Part shown: in pieces, positions 1 to 11,263 of the stretch
How positions within the stretch are numbered: the stretch's first letter is position 1
Layout of the letters: each line of letters begins with the position of its first letter
Source of the DNA: Zygnema circumcarinatum SAG 698-1b
Taxonomy: Eukaryota; Plantae; Zygnematophyceae
Direction of reading: 5' to 3'
DNA: 64,000 nt
Assembly (NCBI GenBank): GCA_037447605.1
Contig: CM074809.1
Location: forward strand, 1,354,689 to 1,418,688
Position numbers and translations under genes: made by a program
The notes under the pieces: model-generated
What the model saw: only the letters and a program-made list of their open reading frames with translations
Told to the model about the DNA's origin: nothing
Databases searched by the model: none

Positions 1-2219
1 AACAATCTGTAAAGATGAACTAACAAGTCAGTTTGATGCCACACCTTCTTGCAACCCTTTATCGCCGCATCAAGGCCGACATCTCCAACTCGCTCACAGG
101 CATGGAGATCCAGCGTAGTTAGCGAAGGGCAGCCCCTGGTAAGTCCTTGGAGAACATCATCATCAACATGCTTGCTTCCACGCAAACTGAGCACCTTCAA
201 GCGTTGACAACCTTTAGCGACCTTCATCATTGCTTCACGGCTGAGTTGTCCCCATTTCCCCCAACCATAGTCGAGGTAGAGCTTCTCCAAAAGCTTGCTG
301 TTACAATACCATATCACAGGAAGGACACTGAGTTAGAGACCAATCCAAACAGAATTCCAGTTCAGGACGTACGGCTAATTATCAAGTCGATCTTTACCCT
401 CAGAAAAAAAAAGCATGGAGAAAAAAGACAAACAACATCAATCGGTGAGGCAAATGGTTCGAGACCTGTGTTTGCCAATAGCTGCAAGGCCCGTTTCTCC
501 TACATCCACAACTCCCAAGTGCAAGGTCTGCGCCAAAAAATAACGCATTTTAGTCAATTACATCCTCTAAATGCAACAACGGTTTCCGCGAACCACTAAA
601 AATAGTTTTGTTTAACTACAAATGGGTGCAATTTCCAAAAAAATAGGAGTTACATAAGAGACTTCTGTCCTCCCAAGTGTTTTTCCACACTAGAAAATTT
701 CTATCAGCCCGCACTCGCATCCAGTTTCTGAGCCACTGAGGGTGCAGCCACTAATGTGAAACTGCCCAAATGAGATATACCTGAAGCTGGAGACATCCAG
801 ATGCAACATAAGCGATACCTTCTCCAGTCACCGATTTGCAGTGCTTCAGATCTAGTTCGCGTAATAATGGCATGCCCTCACCAATAGCTTGAAGCGCAAC
901 ATCTGCACACACAATAAATCTGATCACATTAGCTGAAATACTCCTCTTTGCACTTGTAAAAATCTAAACACAGTCGCTCATTTCTCAGCTAATAGTTCCT
1001 CAACGACACGAGTTGATTGCATGTCTTCTTGCTGCAGTAACTATGACTTTACAACGCAACTTACCCGTTACATCAGTGAACGAAATGTCAAGTTCTTCGA
1101 TCTTGTGGCAATTTCTTGCAATATTGACTACAACGCTATCACTCATGCAAGGAGCTGATCGCAGTCGGAGTTGGCGGAGTGCCACACAATATGTGCCGAT
1201 TGCCAACAGCGCTGTATCCGGCCCTTTGTAGCCAGTGATGGATAACGATTCCAGTTTGCGACAGCCACGAGCCAGTGCAATGAGACCGGAACCGCCATCC
1301 GTGTGCTTATAACTGTCAGATACTTGCAGTTCCTTTAGTAGTGGACAGCTTCGCCCAGCTTCAGCAAGTACCTCTTCGGAACAATCGTACAGAAAGCCTA
1401 GATTGAGATATTTGAGGTGCCTGAAGCGGCCCAAGATTCTATGGATCTTTGCAGCCTGCACATGATAAGCATCAGTGAACAACAGAATAAGACAACAGCG
1501 GTGATACTGGAAGCAAGAATAAGCAAAATCAACTCTCCAACGACAAAAAATGGTATGCACACCACAAGGGCGTGTCAAACTTTGATAACGCACTTCGGGA
1601 TCTATTTCGAACACAGTACTCTCGAATTTCGAGCTTAGTGCTTACGCAGGAATGCATATACTGGCTTGAAATTCAGATTGTTTGGAAAAGTCAAAAGGTT
1701 TATAAACCTACTACGAAAAGAAACATCTCGATTCCAATGGAAGTTACTGTCCGAAACAACTCACATTGTATCCAAAACGCACAATTGTAACAACAATTGC
1801 ACACGAATCTTCATTTTACTGAGGAAGTGATTGTTTGTATGCCTCACCTTGTGGCCTTGCAAGCTGAGAGAAGATTTGACAACATTGGCTACACTGTACC
1901 AGCGCCTTGAGACTAGCGAAATATCTCGAAAAACAAGTTTCTTGGACGTATCTTGCGTCTCCAGCTTCTGCGTACACCAATCACTAAGTTACCAAAACTG
2001 TTGCAGTGTCACCTGCTTGCATCACTTGTCCGATAGTCTGCCTACAAGTCTCCCATAGTACCTTTCTAAACCAATTATTAAGAACAATGGACCTTGTTCA
2101 ACACACAACTGGCTTACCTGAAATATCTCCAGTAGAAGTTCATCTGGAAGGGCATCAAAGCGGCAAGTATTTTCCACGAAGCCTTCAGCTCCGTCAAACA
2201 AAAAGGGAAAGCAGTCCAT
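1..2219 (-). CDS. F-box/leucine-rich-repeat protein (FBXL-type, AMN1/LRR-CC repeats); multi-exon, 3' end outside the window
   Basis: Exon 1 (2219-2118) MDCFPF...RFDALPDELLLEIFQ|gtaag gives the F-box start. The next exon, KLETQDTSKKLVFRDISLVSRRWYSVAN, completes the F-box. Later exons carry Cys-containing LRRs: LKYLNLGFLYDCSEEVLAEAGRSCPLLKELQV and LESLSITGYKGPDTALLAIGTYCVALRQLRL (~1040-1480), LRELDLKHCKSVTGEGIAYVASGC (~780-900) and LKVLSLRGSKHVDDDVLQGLTRGCPSLTTLDLHACERVGDVGL (~45-400). Confidence 0.88.
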
Positions 2220-3658
2220 CCGACGCCAGCAATCTCGTGAACACGCAAGGAAACTGAAAAGTTGAAGTCGGAGTACCTGCGTTACCGAAGGAAAGTTAAT
2301 GTCAGAGAGGTAAAAAGCACAATTGAGTAAAACACAGCAAACCGGCTTAAGAGCAGCTATATTATCATCTTCCTAATGGAACACGCGATTATCACCTTCC
2401 TAATGGAACACGCTACTAACGATGAACCGCATGTCTGCATTTCAGCTCTTTGAAAGAACAAAATGCAAGCGCAGGCAACCTATTGTGGATGATATTTGCA
2501 ACCCTTCCAATTATCACATTGCTTTTGCAATAAAAACTATTCCAAAAGAATTTCTGGAAGAATCTTGGCCAAGAAGAGGGCAATTCAATTTCTAAGAAAA
2601 CGTATCACGCAATCTGCAAATTCAACGCCAAGATAAGACTCCCATAATAGGCAGCCATTACAGAATTCATCCCTTCAAGAAATTTCAGTCTTCAAATGAT
2701 CCTATTCCTGATTAAAGCAAATGATTCCGCATTTACATTTGGACATTTTGGACCGCAGCGAACGCCTCACATATAGCTAATTGCCATCAATCGGACCACT
2801 GACTCACCAGATACAAATGAAGTGCCTCCGGTTTCTAACTTCAAAATCGAGGATCGGCTATATACAGCGTGAGTTCTTCCAGCAATTAGCGACCAGCCTT
2901 TTCAAACCATCATTCCCTGCTGAATTACACAGCGCAAACCCAGGCTCCACTCCTCCGACCAGCCATTGTGAAAACTCGCAAGGCTACATTGCTGCGGCCT
3001 CACTTACGGTACGGGGAACCTCGAAACCTCCATTCCTTTTCCGTTATCTGATTCTGAAACTTTGCTGAAGCAAATCCAAATTTCCAGAGTATGGTCAGCA
3101 CTCATGAGTGCCAGAAGATCAAGCTCCCACCTTCCTCGACCTTTTCTCCTTGTACTCACCCTTATGCAATCAATACGCAAATATTTGCTTGAAAACTATA
3201 ATGCCGACTCCTTCAAATTTCCGCTCCAAGAGAGCCTTCAATCACTCCCTGCCTGCCTCCCTCCACTCCCTGCTTCCCAACCCCCCATCCTGAAGCCCAT
3301 CCATCCGGGAGGTCTGCGCCCAATAAAGAACCCGTACCTCTCAAATCGGTCCAGAATTGTGTGCGAAGTACCGGCTCCGATCGCGCGCGGCGTGGAGGCG
3401 TCTAGAAGGCCACGTGAGGGTGACCTGGCGCGGCGCTGCGATTCGTCCGGGCAGCGAGCCATATCCGGAAAACGTTTTGAAGCTGCCCGGCGCGCAGCGG
3501 CCAGCGCGGACGCGCGTCACCGCCGCCGAAAAGCAAAATATCCGTCCGCCGGGCAGTGCCACGTGGCACATCGCTCCAGCGAGGCACGTGCGGGCTACGC
3601 CGACTGGGCAAAGGGCACCGCTGCCACAAGGCTGCCACGTGGCATTCGCTCGTGGGAG

Positions 3659-3970
3659 ACCGTTGGATCGCCGGGTGAAGGATTACGAGGAATGGGCCGT
3701 TGGATACGCCACGTGGAGACAAGGGAGATACAGGCCGTTGGATCGCCGAGTACAGGATTGCGAGGAATGGGCCGTTGGATATACCACGTGGAGACGAGGG
3801 ATATTCAAGCCGTTGGATACGCCACGTGGAGACATGGGAGTTTCAGGCCGTTGGATACGCCACGTGGATATATGGGAGATTCAGGCCGTTGGATACGCCA
3901 CATGGAGACATAAGGTATACAGACCGTTGGATACGCCACGTGGAGACGTGGGAGATTCAGGCCGTTGGAT
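3659..3970. repeat. Tandem array of nine 37-38 bp units; consensus GCCGTTGGATACGCCACGTGGAGACATGGGAGATTCAG
   Basis: CCGTTGGAT occurs at 3660, 3697, 3735, 3772, 3810, 3848, 3886, 3924 and 3962 (periods 37-38 bp). Five units contain CCACGTGG and one has CCACATGG. Two units are a variant type (...GATCGCCG...GGATT(A/G)CGAGGAATGG). Confidence 0.95.
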
Positions 3971-4046
3971 AACTGCGTGCAGGATTTCGTGTCTGGCCAA
4001 ACCACTAATTTGCTCGGCCACAAATAGCAATGGAAAATCTCTGGTC

Positions 4047-4096
4047 ATGACCAGTATGACCATGACCATGACCATGACCATTACCAGGACTACCAT
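4047..4096. repeat. (ATGACC)n short degenerate microsatellite
   Basis: catgaccagtatgaccatgaccatgaccatgaccattaccaggactaccat. Confidence 0.85.
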
Positions 4097-4189
4097 ATTC
4101 TTTCCGTCCAGGAAACCAGAACTAGTTAGCGAACCGAAAACGGGTCGAATTGGACCCGGGCTCTTGGGAACTGCCATGTCAAGGGTTTC

Positions 4190-4582
4190 TACGGGGAGGA
4201 GTTTTGGGTTCATATGGTTTTCCGAGTTTGAGAGTTGTAGGGTTTTCAGGGTTCGGTTTTTGGACTACGGTTTTCTAATTTAGGGCTCTAAGGGGTTGGG
4301 GTGTTTGGGGATCAGAGTTTGGATTGTTAGGCTTGTTAGGGCTCAGGGTTGTAGGGTTAGAAATGAGAGTTTTTAGCTTGTGGGTTTTTATGGCTAAAAT
4401 TTAGGGTAAGGTGTCCAAAGTGTACGGAATAGCTTTAGGGTTTTGGGCATGGAGGGTTAGGGTTTTTAGAATAAGAGCTGATAGGTGTCGGGGTTTTTGG
4501 GGGTTAGGAGTTTAGGGTTAAATTTTCTAGGATTTAGGATTAGGAATGAGGGTTTCAGAGTTTAGATTTTAGGGGTAGGGTT
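4190..4582 (+). repeat. Degenerate interstitial telomere-like (TTTAGGG) tract
   Basis: Exact TTTAGGG at 4279, 4400, 4434, 4511 and 4568, plus many variants (TTAGGG, TGTAGGG, TTCAGGG, TTTAGGA, TTTTGGG), all with the G-rich strand on +. Confidence 0.75.
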
Positions 4583-5029
4583 CAAATGCTTGCTGGAAGC
4601 TCCCTTGTCCAGCAACTGAAACGTTACAGAACAAAGTGGACATAAAGTGCTAAGGATAGCACCAAGTTACCAGGTCAACGTTGTAAGTGTACTTCGAATT
4701 TAGTACTGTACGTGTTCCTAGCTTTCCCCGCAGTGCCAGGGTGAAGGGTACCGGTACTCCTTTCGAAAAAACTCCCCAGGCAGCGCCCCTCGATTCCTAA
4801 GATCGCCAACTTGCAATTTCAAGGGACCCTGTTGGGTCGCCCTCGTCAGATCCAACAATTTTTTTTTTGAACATTCCTCCGTTCAGCGAATCAGATTTTG
4901 CCATGTGCGCAATGGTGATGACATGGTAGACTGTGATTGGTTCAGCGTGGCCACAGTGCTGTATAAAGTCGTCTCACCCTCGGAGGAGACGCCAGCTCGG
5001 AGGCCTCTCCTGCAGGCGAAGGGGACGCC

Positions 5030-8000
5030 ATGGCGCCCCTGCGCGAGTCCGCCACTCGTCTCGCCACCTCGCTGGCTCGCCGGGCCCCTCCATGGCGGGC
5101 TCTAGAGTCCTGGCAAGTGGAAGGGCTCAGGCAGAGGTTTCCGCAGCCGCCGTTCAGTGATGTTCCGCGTGGTTTCTTCGGGCAACGTACTCCGCTTGGG
5201 GAACTCCTTGGGCCCGAAGTGCTTGCAGCCGAAAGGGATTACCGTGTTAACTCCGATTTTTGTATGCCGCTTGGAACAAAATGTCAAAGTTTGCAAGATG
5301 CAAACGCATTGTCAGAAAGCGGGCCGACGAAAATGTATTTGTCAAGGAATTGGAGTGTTTTGCGTGCTCGTCCTTCGGTGACTAGGAAGAACGGCGATGC
5401 CGCCCTCTTGCAAGGGGGCTTAGGTAGTTTTTTTCTCTCAAAATATGCATGGCAAACTGTCAACTGCGAGGGCTCAGAACGTCCACACTCAGTGCTTTCA
5501 GAGGCCATGGAGCAGCCCGACAGCAATGGGAATTGGTTTTTATGGGATGCATTGGATGTGCCTCTTTCGGCTGTTGCGAACAGCCTCGACTGGCTGCACG
5601 CTGCCACCGGGGTGCCATGGTGGGACTTCAAGCGCCCCTGTGACATCTGTAGCTGTTTTAAAAATCCCCGAGAACTTTCAAGCGCAAGAACTGGCATAGC
5701 TACTATTCACAATAGGCCCATATTCAAAAGAATAGTGAACACTACCTGCTTTCGGAGGAAAAACGGCGCTTTTCTGTTTCAGAAAATGGAAAGAGTCGAA
5801 TGTCTGCTGTATAACTCTAAGGTTCGTGAAAGGGATTTTGTGAGGCGCTAGGTGGCTCACACTTGTATCCTCCACATTGGCCCTCCGTTTAGTTCTGCTG
5901 CCTCTCACAATTCTGCAGGTGAAGAAGAGCGCTGAGATGGCACTTCTGGGACCGCGCTGTAAGGCTTCCATTCACCCCTCGTTTCCCGCCCTGATTTCTG
6001 GAATGTCTTTTTTGATCAGCTTTTCTAATCCAAATCGATATTCGAACCTGTTTTTCTCCTCTTGCGTTGTTAAATTTCTCAAATATTATTATTTTTTCTT
6101 TGCAGAATTGCATGCCGCATAAGTAACAGGGAATCTTTTACACTACATGAATAGAATCAGATTGAGAAACGTTGTGTTCCCCGGTCTTTTGGCAGGATAG
6201 GGACGGCAGGAAATCCGAAACAATGTTCAGGCAACCTTGGTCTATTGCAAGTTACTAGACTAAGCTTTCACGCTGGCCGGCAGATTACTTGATATGAGTA
6301 CTGCAAGGAGTGGTTGATGTTTTCTCGAGTTGGCTGTGGCGTCCCAGGAATAATGGCAGGATGTGCATGGTTGAGAGTGTCGAGGTTTATGCAATGGTAT
6401 GGTCATGGTACTGCAGGCAATGGTTGTACTTGAGGCACACCCCACTCTTATCACGCTTTTTCCTGCGATCACCAATTCTATGCAGTGCCACCACCCGTGC
6501 CCCTTCCTGGCTCGGGGATGACGATGCGACAGGCATGGGCAGCCTACAGTCGCCGCAGGAAAGAGCTTGGAGTTCCAAGTATAGCTTGGCTGGTGGCAGC
6601 GCCATTGGTACAGGTACGCATGGAAGCTCTGGTTGTTTTTGATAGATTCCTCTAGCAGTCGTGAGACACAGTGAATAAAAAAAAAGAGACAACGACAGGC
6701 TAAACAAAGACGCGATATATGCAGACAAATTTGTTTCTGTAGAACTTGCATTGGCCCTCGGGAGGGAAATTCTTTTCTGTACCGCCAGGTATTGTATAGA
6801 GGTTGGTGGCCTAATTCTTGGCGAAGTTTAACCCAAAAATGGACGTGCCACTGGATGCTGAAATTATTGTTGGACTTTTGGAGGAGCCAGCATTTCTGTA
6901 TAGCAATTCAGAGGCTAAATGTGTAGAATTGAGGTGCCAATGCAGGTTCCTTTGTTTGTGACTTGGCTGGCAGCATTGCGCAAGATGGCGGTCTCTGGAC
7001 ATCCTGGCTTTGAAACAGTAAGAGTTAACGGCTTAACTTGATAAATCTTTGCATTCATGGTCCTGATTAATTGGCACAACAAAACAAAAGCGCATACCCT
7101 TTATCGAAACTTTGAAGCATATCCTGGAAAATAATCTGAGTAACCTGTGCCTCTTTCCCGTGTATGGGCCTTGCTCTTGATGAAGTCCAGGGAGGAATTT
7201 TGTGGTTCACGGATTTGACACAGCCCGGTTTTGGAGTGCTTGGCTGTGTCCTCCCTCTATTGATCGGAGCCACTCACCTCGCCATAGTCCAGGTGCATGC
7301 TGACAACTACGTTGATATAGTTCTTTTCTATGTAGCTTTCTCTCTGATCCGTCCTCGTCATCTTCTTCCCTTTATTTATCTTTGCTTTCCTACGCCCTTC
7401 AGTTTTATTCCCTGATTTGCTGCCGGCTTTGTTGCCATATGTTAATAGGCAGGAGGTGCTACTAGTCTCCGAAGCAGACGATAAACTGATGTGACTGCAA
7501 GGGGCGGGAGGGCGCAGTAGGTGTCGTTCAGTGGCCTGCGACTGCCGGGCGGGTACATGTCGTGGCTCATCATGGTACTGCGGGACAATGCTGCCATCGC
7601 CTTGTACTCACTATCCATAGACAGAGTCTGCCGCACTGTCAAATCTAACAAGCGCCAACTACCTTTCTGCAGCTGTATTGCGTCTCATTAAGCTTCGGTT
7701 GTGGCTTGCTTACCGTCAGGGTTTTAAATGGACGCTGCAATTCTTGACCTTGCCAACAGTCTGGGGTGCCATTGTACTCCCACAGGTAATAGTATAGGGC
7801 ACATACTATTTGTTGTCGGTTGCTGGCTTCACAAGTTGGCATACGGCGGCATGACAAGCAAAGGGCCCAGCCCGCTTCTGAGGGGTCTGCTATAATGGTG
7901 ATTCTGCTGCTGTTTGCAGGGCACACACATGTACTGGCTGGCAAATAATGTATTTGCCCTTGCTCAGGTTCGTTGCCCTTCTTGCTTTTTTTAACAGTCG

Positions 8001-9998
8001 TGGTTGAGGCTTTGTTGAGGGGCAGTAGGCATGACTTAAGGTACAAGACACGGTCAATGGGGAAGGCTGAGAGCAGAAATGGTCACAAAAGCCACGGAGC
8101 AGTCGGCAAGTGCTGACGCGTTATGCTTGTGCATGCTGGAGACCCCTTTGTTTATCTAATGAAGGGAATTGTCCATGTTCGTTTGACTTCGCTTTCTTCT
8201 TTTTGTGCTTCTCTTGGAGCCACAAGTTTTTGGTGTCAACCAAGCTAAAGCTTTTGACGAGAAGTCCGTCGTCTTAAAAATCGTTTGAAGCAGGGGATAA
8301 CCACAGTCGTTTTCTCAGGCTCAGTCTAACTGTATGCAGAGCGTGTTGCTTGATGGGAAGCAGGCTGCTGCTCTGAAGTCAACATACACGCGCTCTCTGC
8401 TTGGGCTGCCCTCCTTGGCCGCATTGGCTGCTTCACGACTGCAGCCTCCAACATTGCCAACAGAATTGCAAGGAGCAGAAGTTGATGTCAGCAGTCTGAG
8501 CGCAGAGCAACTTGTGGTGGTGAGAGGGAACTGCATCTGCTCCCCTCCCTCAGTTGCCATTTTCCCTCCATATGCCGCTGCTTCCCTCGCTCGGACATCC
8601 GATGAGGATACCTATTGACACTCCTACTCGGCGTTGTACAGCTAGCTGCGCACCGCAGGGTGGAAAAGCGAGTGGATGCCGCGATAAACCTCCTGAAGTA
8701 ATTACATAAGTTTAACCCCTTATTCTGAGCCTTTGGTAGCAGTGTGTGACTTCCTGCTTGCATTTTTCGCTCCTTCACCTGCTTGCAAGAAACTGATATA
8801 GTTTTGCATTCCTATCCTCCGACGTGTTGTTGTGTGAGTGAATAATGCCTACTGAAACTTGGGAAACTCCGCAGACGTGCGGTGAATGTCAACAAGGACT
8901 ATGGTGCGTCCTATGTGGCGCTGGGACAGCTATATGGAGAGCTGCAGCGTTGGCAGGATGCAGCTGGTTACTTCAATGAGGCTACTCAGAAGGTTGACCC
9001 AATTCCACCTACATCAAAACATATCATGCTATTATTAATGCTTCGCTATTGATTTGTCATGCCGAACTTTCATAAAGACATAACTTTAAGCTGCTAGAGA
9101 CTCTTTTTCAGAAGGATTCGGGTCTGAGGAGTCACAGCACTATGTGAGTGGTTGGACAGGTGGCAGATGTGGAGTCGCAGCTTCTGGCTCACCTGGGAAT
9201 GGGAATTGCTCTGGCGAATCAGGTGAGAACTATTTGCTTCGGCCATGCACCTTTCCATTGTACCTTACTCCTCTTTTCCCGTATTCGCTGCTCATGCGGG
9301 GACCATGTACCTTCCTAGCGTGGAACCATGCACCTTCCTAGCGTGGTCGTTAAATGAACAAATCACAATTGTTTGGCTTATCATGTTGGAAGTATGTCGT
9401 GAGACGTGCTCCTGCGATGATATAGAAGGCTGCTGATGCTGATGTGCGTTGTGATGGCAGGGAAGGAAAGATGAGGCCATGCATGCTTTGAAAGAAGCAA
9501 TTGGCATTGATCCCCCACCCGATTCGCGCTCACTGCAACGCCACACACAAGCCCTCATTTCCATGGCCAGGTAGGCACATGAGCTTGCTTTTTGACTTGC
9601 AGGTAGTGCAGTTCTGGCAGTATTCTCTTTTCTCAAGGGAACACAGCTGTCAAAATTTGAGCTTCTCTTTCTGTAGCTTGCCGTTTCTCAAGACCTGTCA
9701 TTTTACGTTTACCATCAAGCTTGCAACTTCGCTGTGAGCTGTCCCTCCATGGAGAGAAAATGGGTTGGACCTTAGATTTTTTCGTTTTTCCCCCTTATCC
9801 TGAGATTATGGAAGTGGGACCGGGGGAAGCAGCCTGCTCAGCCAAGGAGGGCGCAAGAAGGAGGCCCTGCAGTTCTTGGAGAGAGCAGCAGATCGGGAGC
9901 CGCGTGTGAGGGAAGCCATGATAAGGCCACTGCAGGCAGAGTTGGACATGGAGGAGAAGAGGGCATCGGCAAGGGACAACGACAAGCTGGACACGTGA
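5030..9998 (+). CDS. OXA2: OXA2/ALBINO3-like (YidC/Oxa1 family) membrane insertase with C-terminal TPR repeats, probably mitochondrial
   Basis: Spliced peptides: LDWLHAATGVPW|WLTLVSSTLALRLVLLPLTILQ; LPPPVPLPGSG...RRRKELGVPSIAWLV; VPLFVTWLAALRKMAVSGHPGFET; GGILWFTDLTQPGFGVLGCVLPLLIGATHLAIVQ; GTHMYWLANNVFALAQ. TPR-like exons: RAVNVNKDYGASYVALGQLYGELQRWQDAAGYF; GRKDEAMHALKEA; GGRKKEALQFLERAA. Stop TGA at 9996-9998. The Arg/Ser/Ala-rich N-terminus resembles a mitochondrial presequence. TATA-like GTATAAAG near 4961. Confidence 0.85.
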
Positions 9999-10467
9999 GG
10001 AATATATGCGCAGCATTTTCTGCATTGTTGGTGTTTCCAAGCTTGTTCAGGTGTCACTCTTGTGAGTCCTTCAGGCGGCACAACTCCAGCTGTATCGGTT
10101 CGATTACTTGACATAAATTGCTCTGTTCCTTCCGTTTCCAATTCAAATTGATTGATTTGACGTCGGCCTTCGATTGATATAGCGCACTGAAAATAATCTT
10201 TAATATTTCTTTGCTAATTGCGTTGTGAAAGGACTCGTTCTTTTGGCAGCCGATGCAAATGTATATCATGGCTTTGCTTGAATCGTATGAACATCACGTG
10301 GCGCAGCTGTCGGTATACCGCTTTCGCGAGTAGCAGCCCTTACTCCTGTCCTATGATCCACAAACCAACAGTAACCAGTCAACCTTGATTTGGGACGATT
10401 CCAGGACGTGCCTGCCACAACCCTGTTTCATATGAAACCCTCACCGCTGACCCCCCCTTCAGATCTC

Positions 10468-10600
10468 CCTCTGCCTGCCTGCCTGCCTGTCTGCTTGCCT
10501 GCCCGCTCCATGAGGCGAATACCTGGGACAGGTATCCATTCATCCATCCATCCATCCATCCATCCATCCATCCATCCATCCATATCCATCCAACCCTCCG
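10468..10600. repeat. (CCTG)n followed by (TCCA)n microsatellites
   Basis: ctgcctgcctgcctgcctgtctgcttgcctgcc and tccattcatccatccatccatcc..., intergenic between OXA2 and HPR1. Confidence 0.9.
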
Positions 10601-10725
10601 TCCATCGCCTTGAAGCCGACCGAGGTCTGGACTGACGGACGCCTTGAGAGGGTCCCAAGGGATTGCGATACAGCCTTCCCGCCAATTGGGTATCGCCACA
10701 TCAGCAACCCACTAATGCATTTTCT

Positions 10726-11110
10726 GCCACGTGGCATTCTCCATGACATCTTGTTCAATCCATACTGACGTGGCGAGATCCCATTCGCTAAATCTTCGTA
10801 GCGCGTCACCCAACAGCGGCTCCATGCGGCGGTTTCGGCGTCGGTTTGCACGTGTGAGGGAGCCAAAATGCAGCCCCCTTCGCTCGGCGCCCTCCCGTGC
10901 TTCTGCACGCGTCCGTACAGATCCAGGGACTTTGGCAAGTGCGAGGAACGGCGGAGCATTCGCGATGACACGTGGCAGTGTCCGTACATTGGATCGTGCA
11001 CCCCGCCCGGTTTCCTTACCAGAGACTTGCAGAGGCCCTTCCCCCTGCGCCGTACCATTGATTCCAATCCAATGGATGCCAGCCACGTGTGCAATACTGC
11101 ACACATGGCG
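10726..11110 (+). promoter_or_regulatory. G-box/ACGT cluster upstream of HPR1
   Basis: GCCACGTGGC 10726, TGACGTGGC ~10767, CACGTG ~10849, GACACGTGGC 10967 and GCCACGTGT 11082, about 170-540 bp before the ATG at 11264. Confidence 0.6.
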
Positions 11111-11263
11111 AGTATCCATTGGAAGTTGCTCGAGCATAGTGTTTCGCAGAGGCAGAAGGTAAGCTTTGTTGGGACTCAGGCAACAGGAAAGCTTGGAAGT
11201 CTGAAGGAAGGAAGGAAGGAGAGGGCGGGAAGGCAGGAGGGCTTGGAAGGGAGCGGAGCAGCC

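Noticed and set aside
2366-2414. Short local direct duplications (CTTCCTAATGGAACACGC x2; also ACCTTCCTAGCGTGG x2 at ~9307-9345)
   Set aside because: Ordinary slippage duplications in intron or UTR sequence.
3659-3970. CRISPR-like appearance of the 38-bp array (constant 5' part, variable 3' part)
   Set aside because: The variable parts are mutated copies of each other rather than unique spacers, the context is eukaryotic and intron-rich, and there are no cas genes.
3062-4283. Long ORFs 3062-3913 and 3357-4283
   Set aside because: They run through the GC-rich promoter and stop-poor tandem repeat, and show no recognisable domain.
4778-4791. AGGCAGCGCC shared with 21744 as a possible common TE terminus
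   Set aside because: A 10-bp match is expected many times by chance in 64 kb, and no partner TIR or TSD was found.
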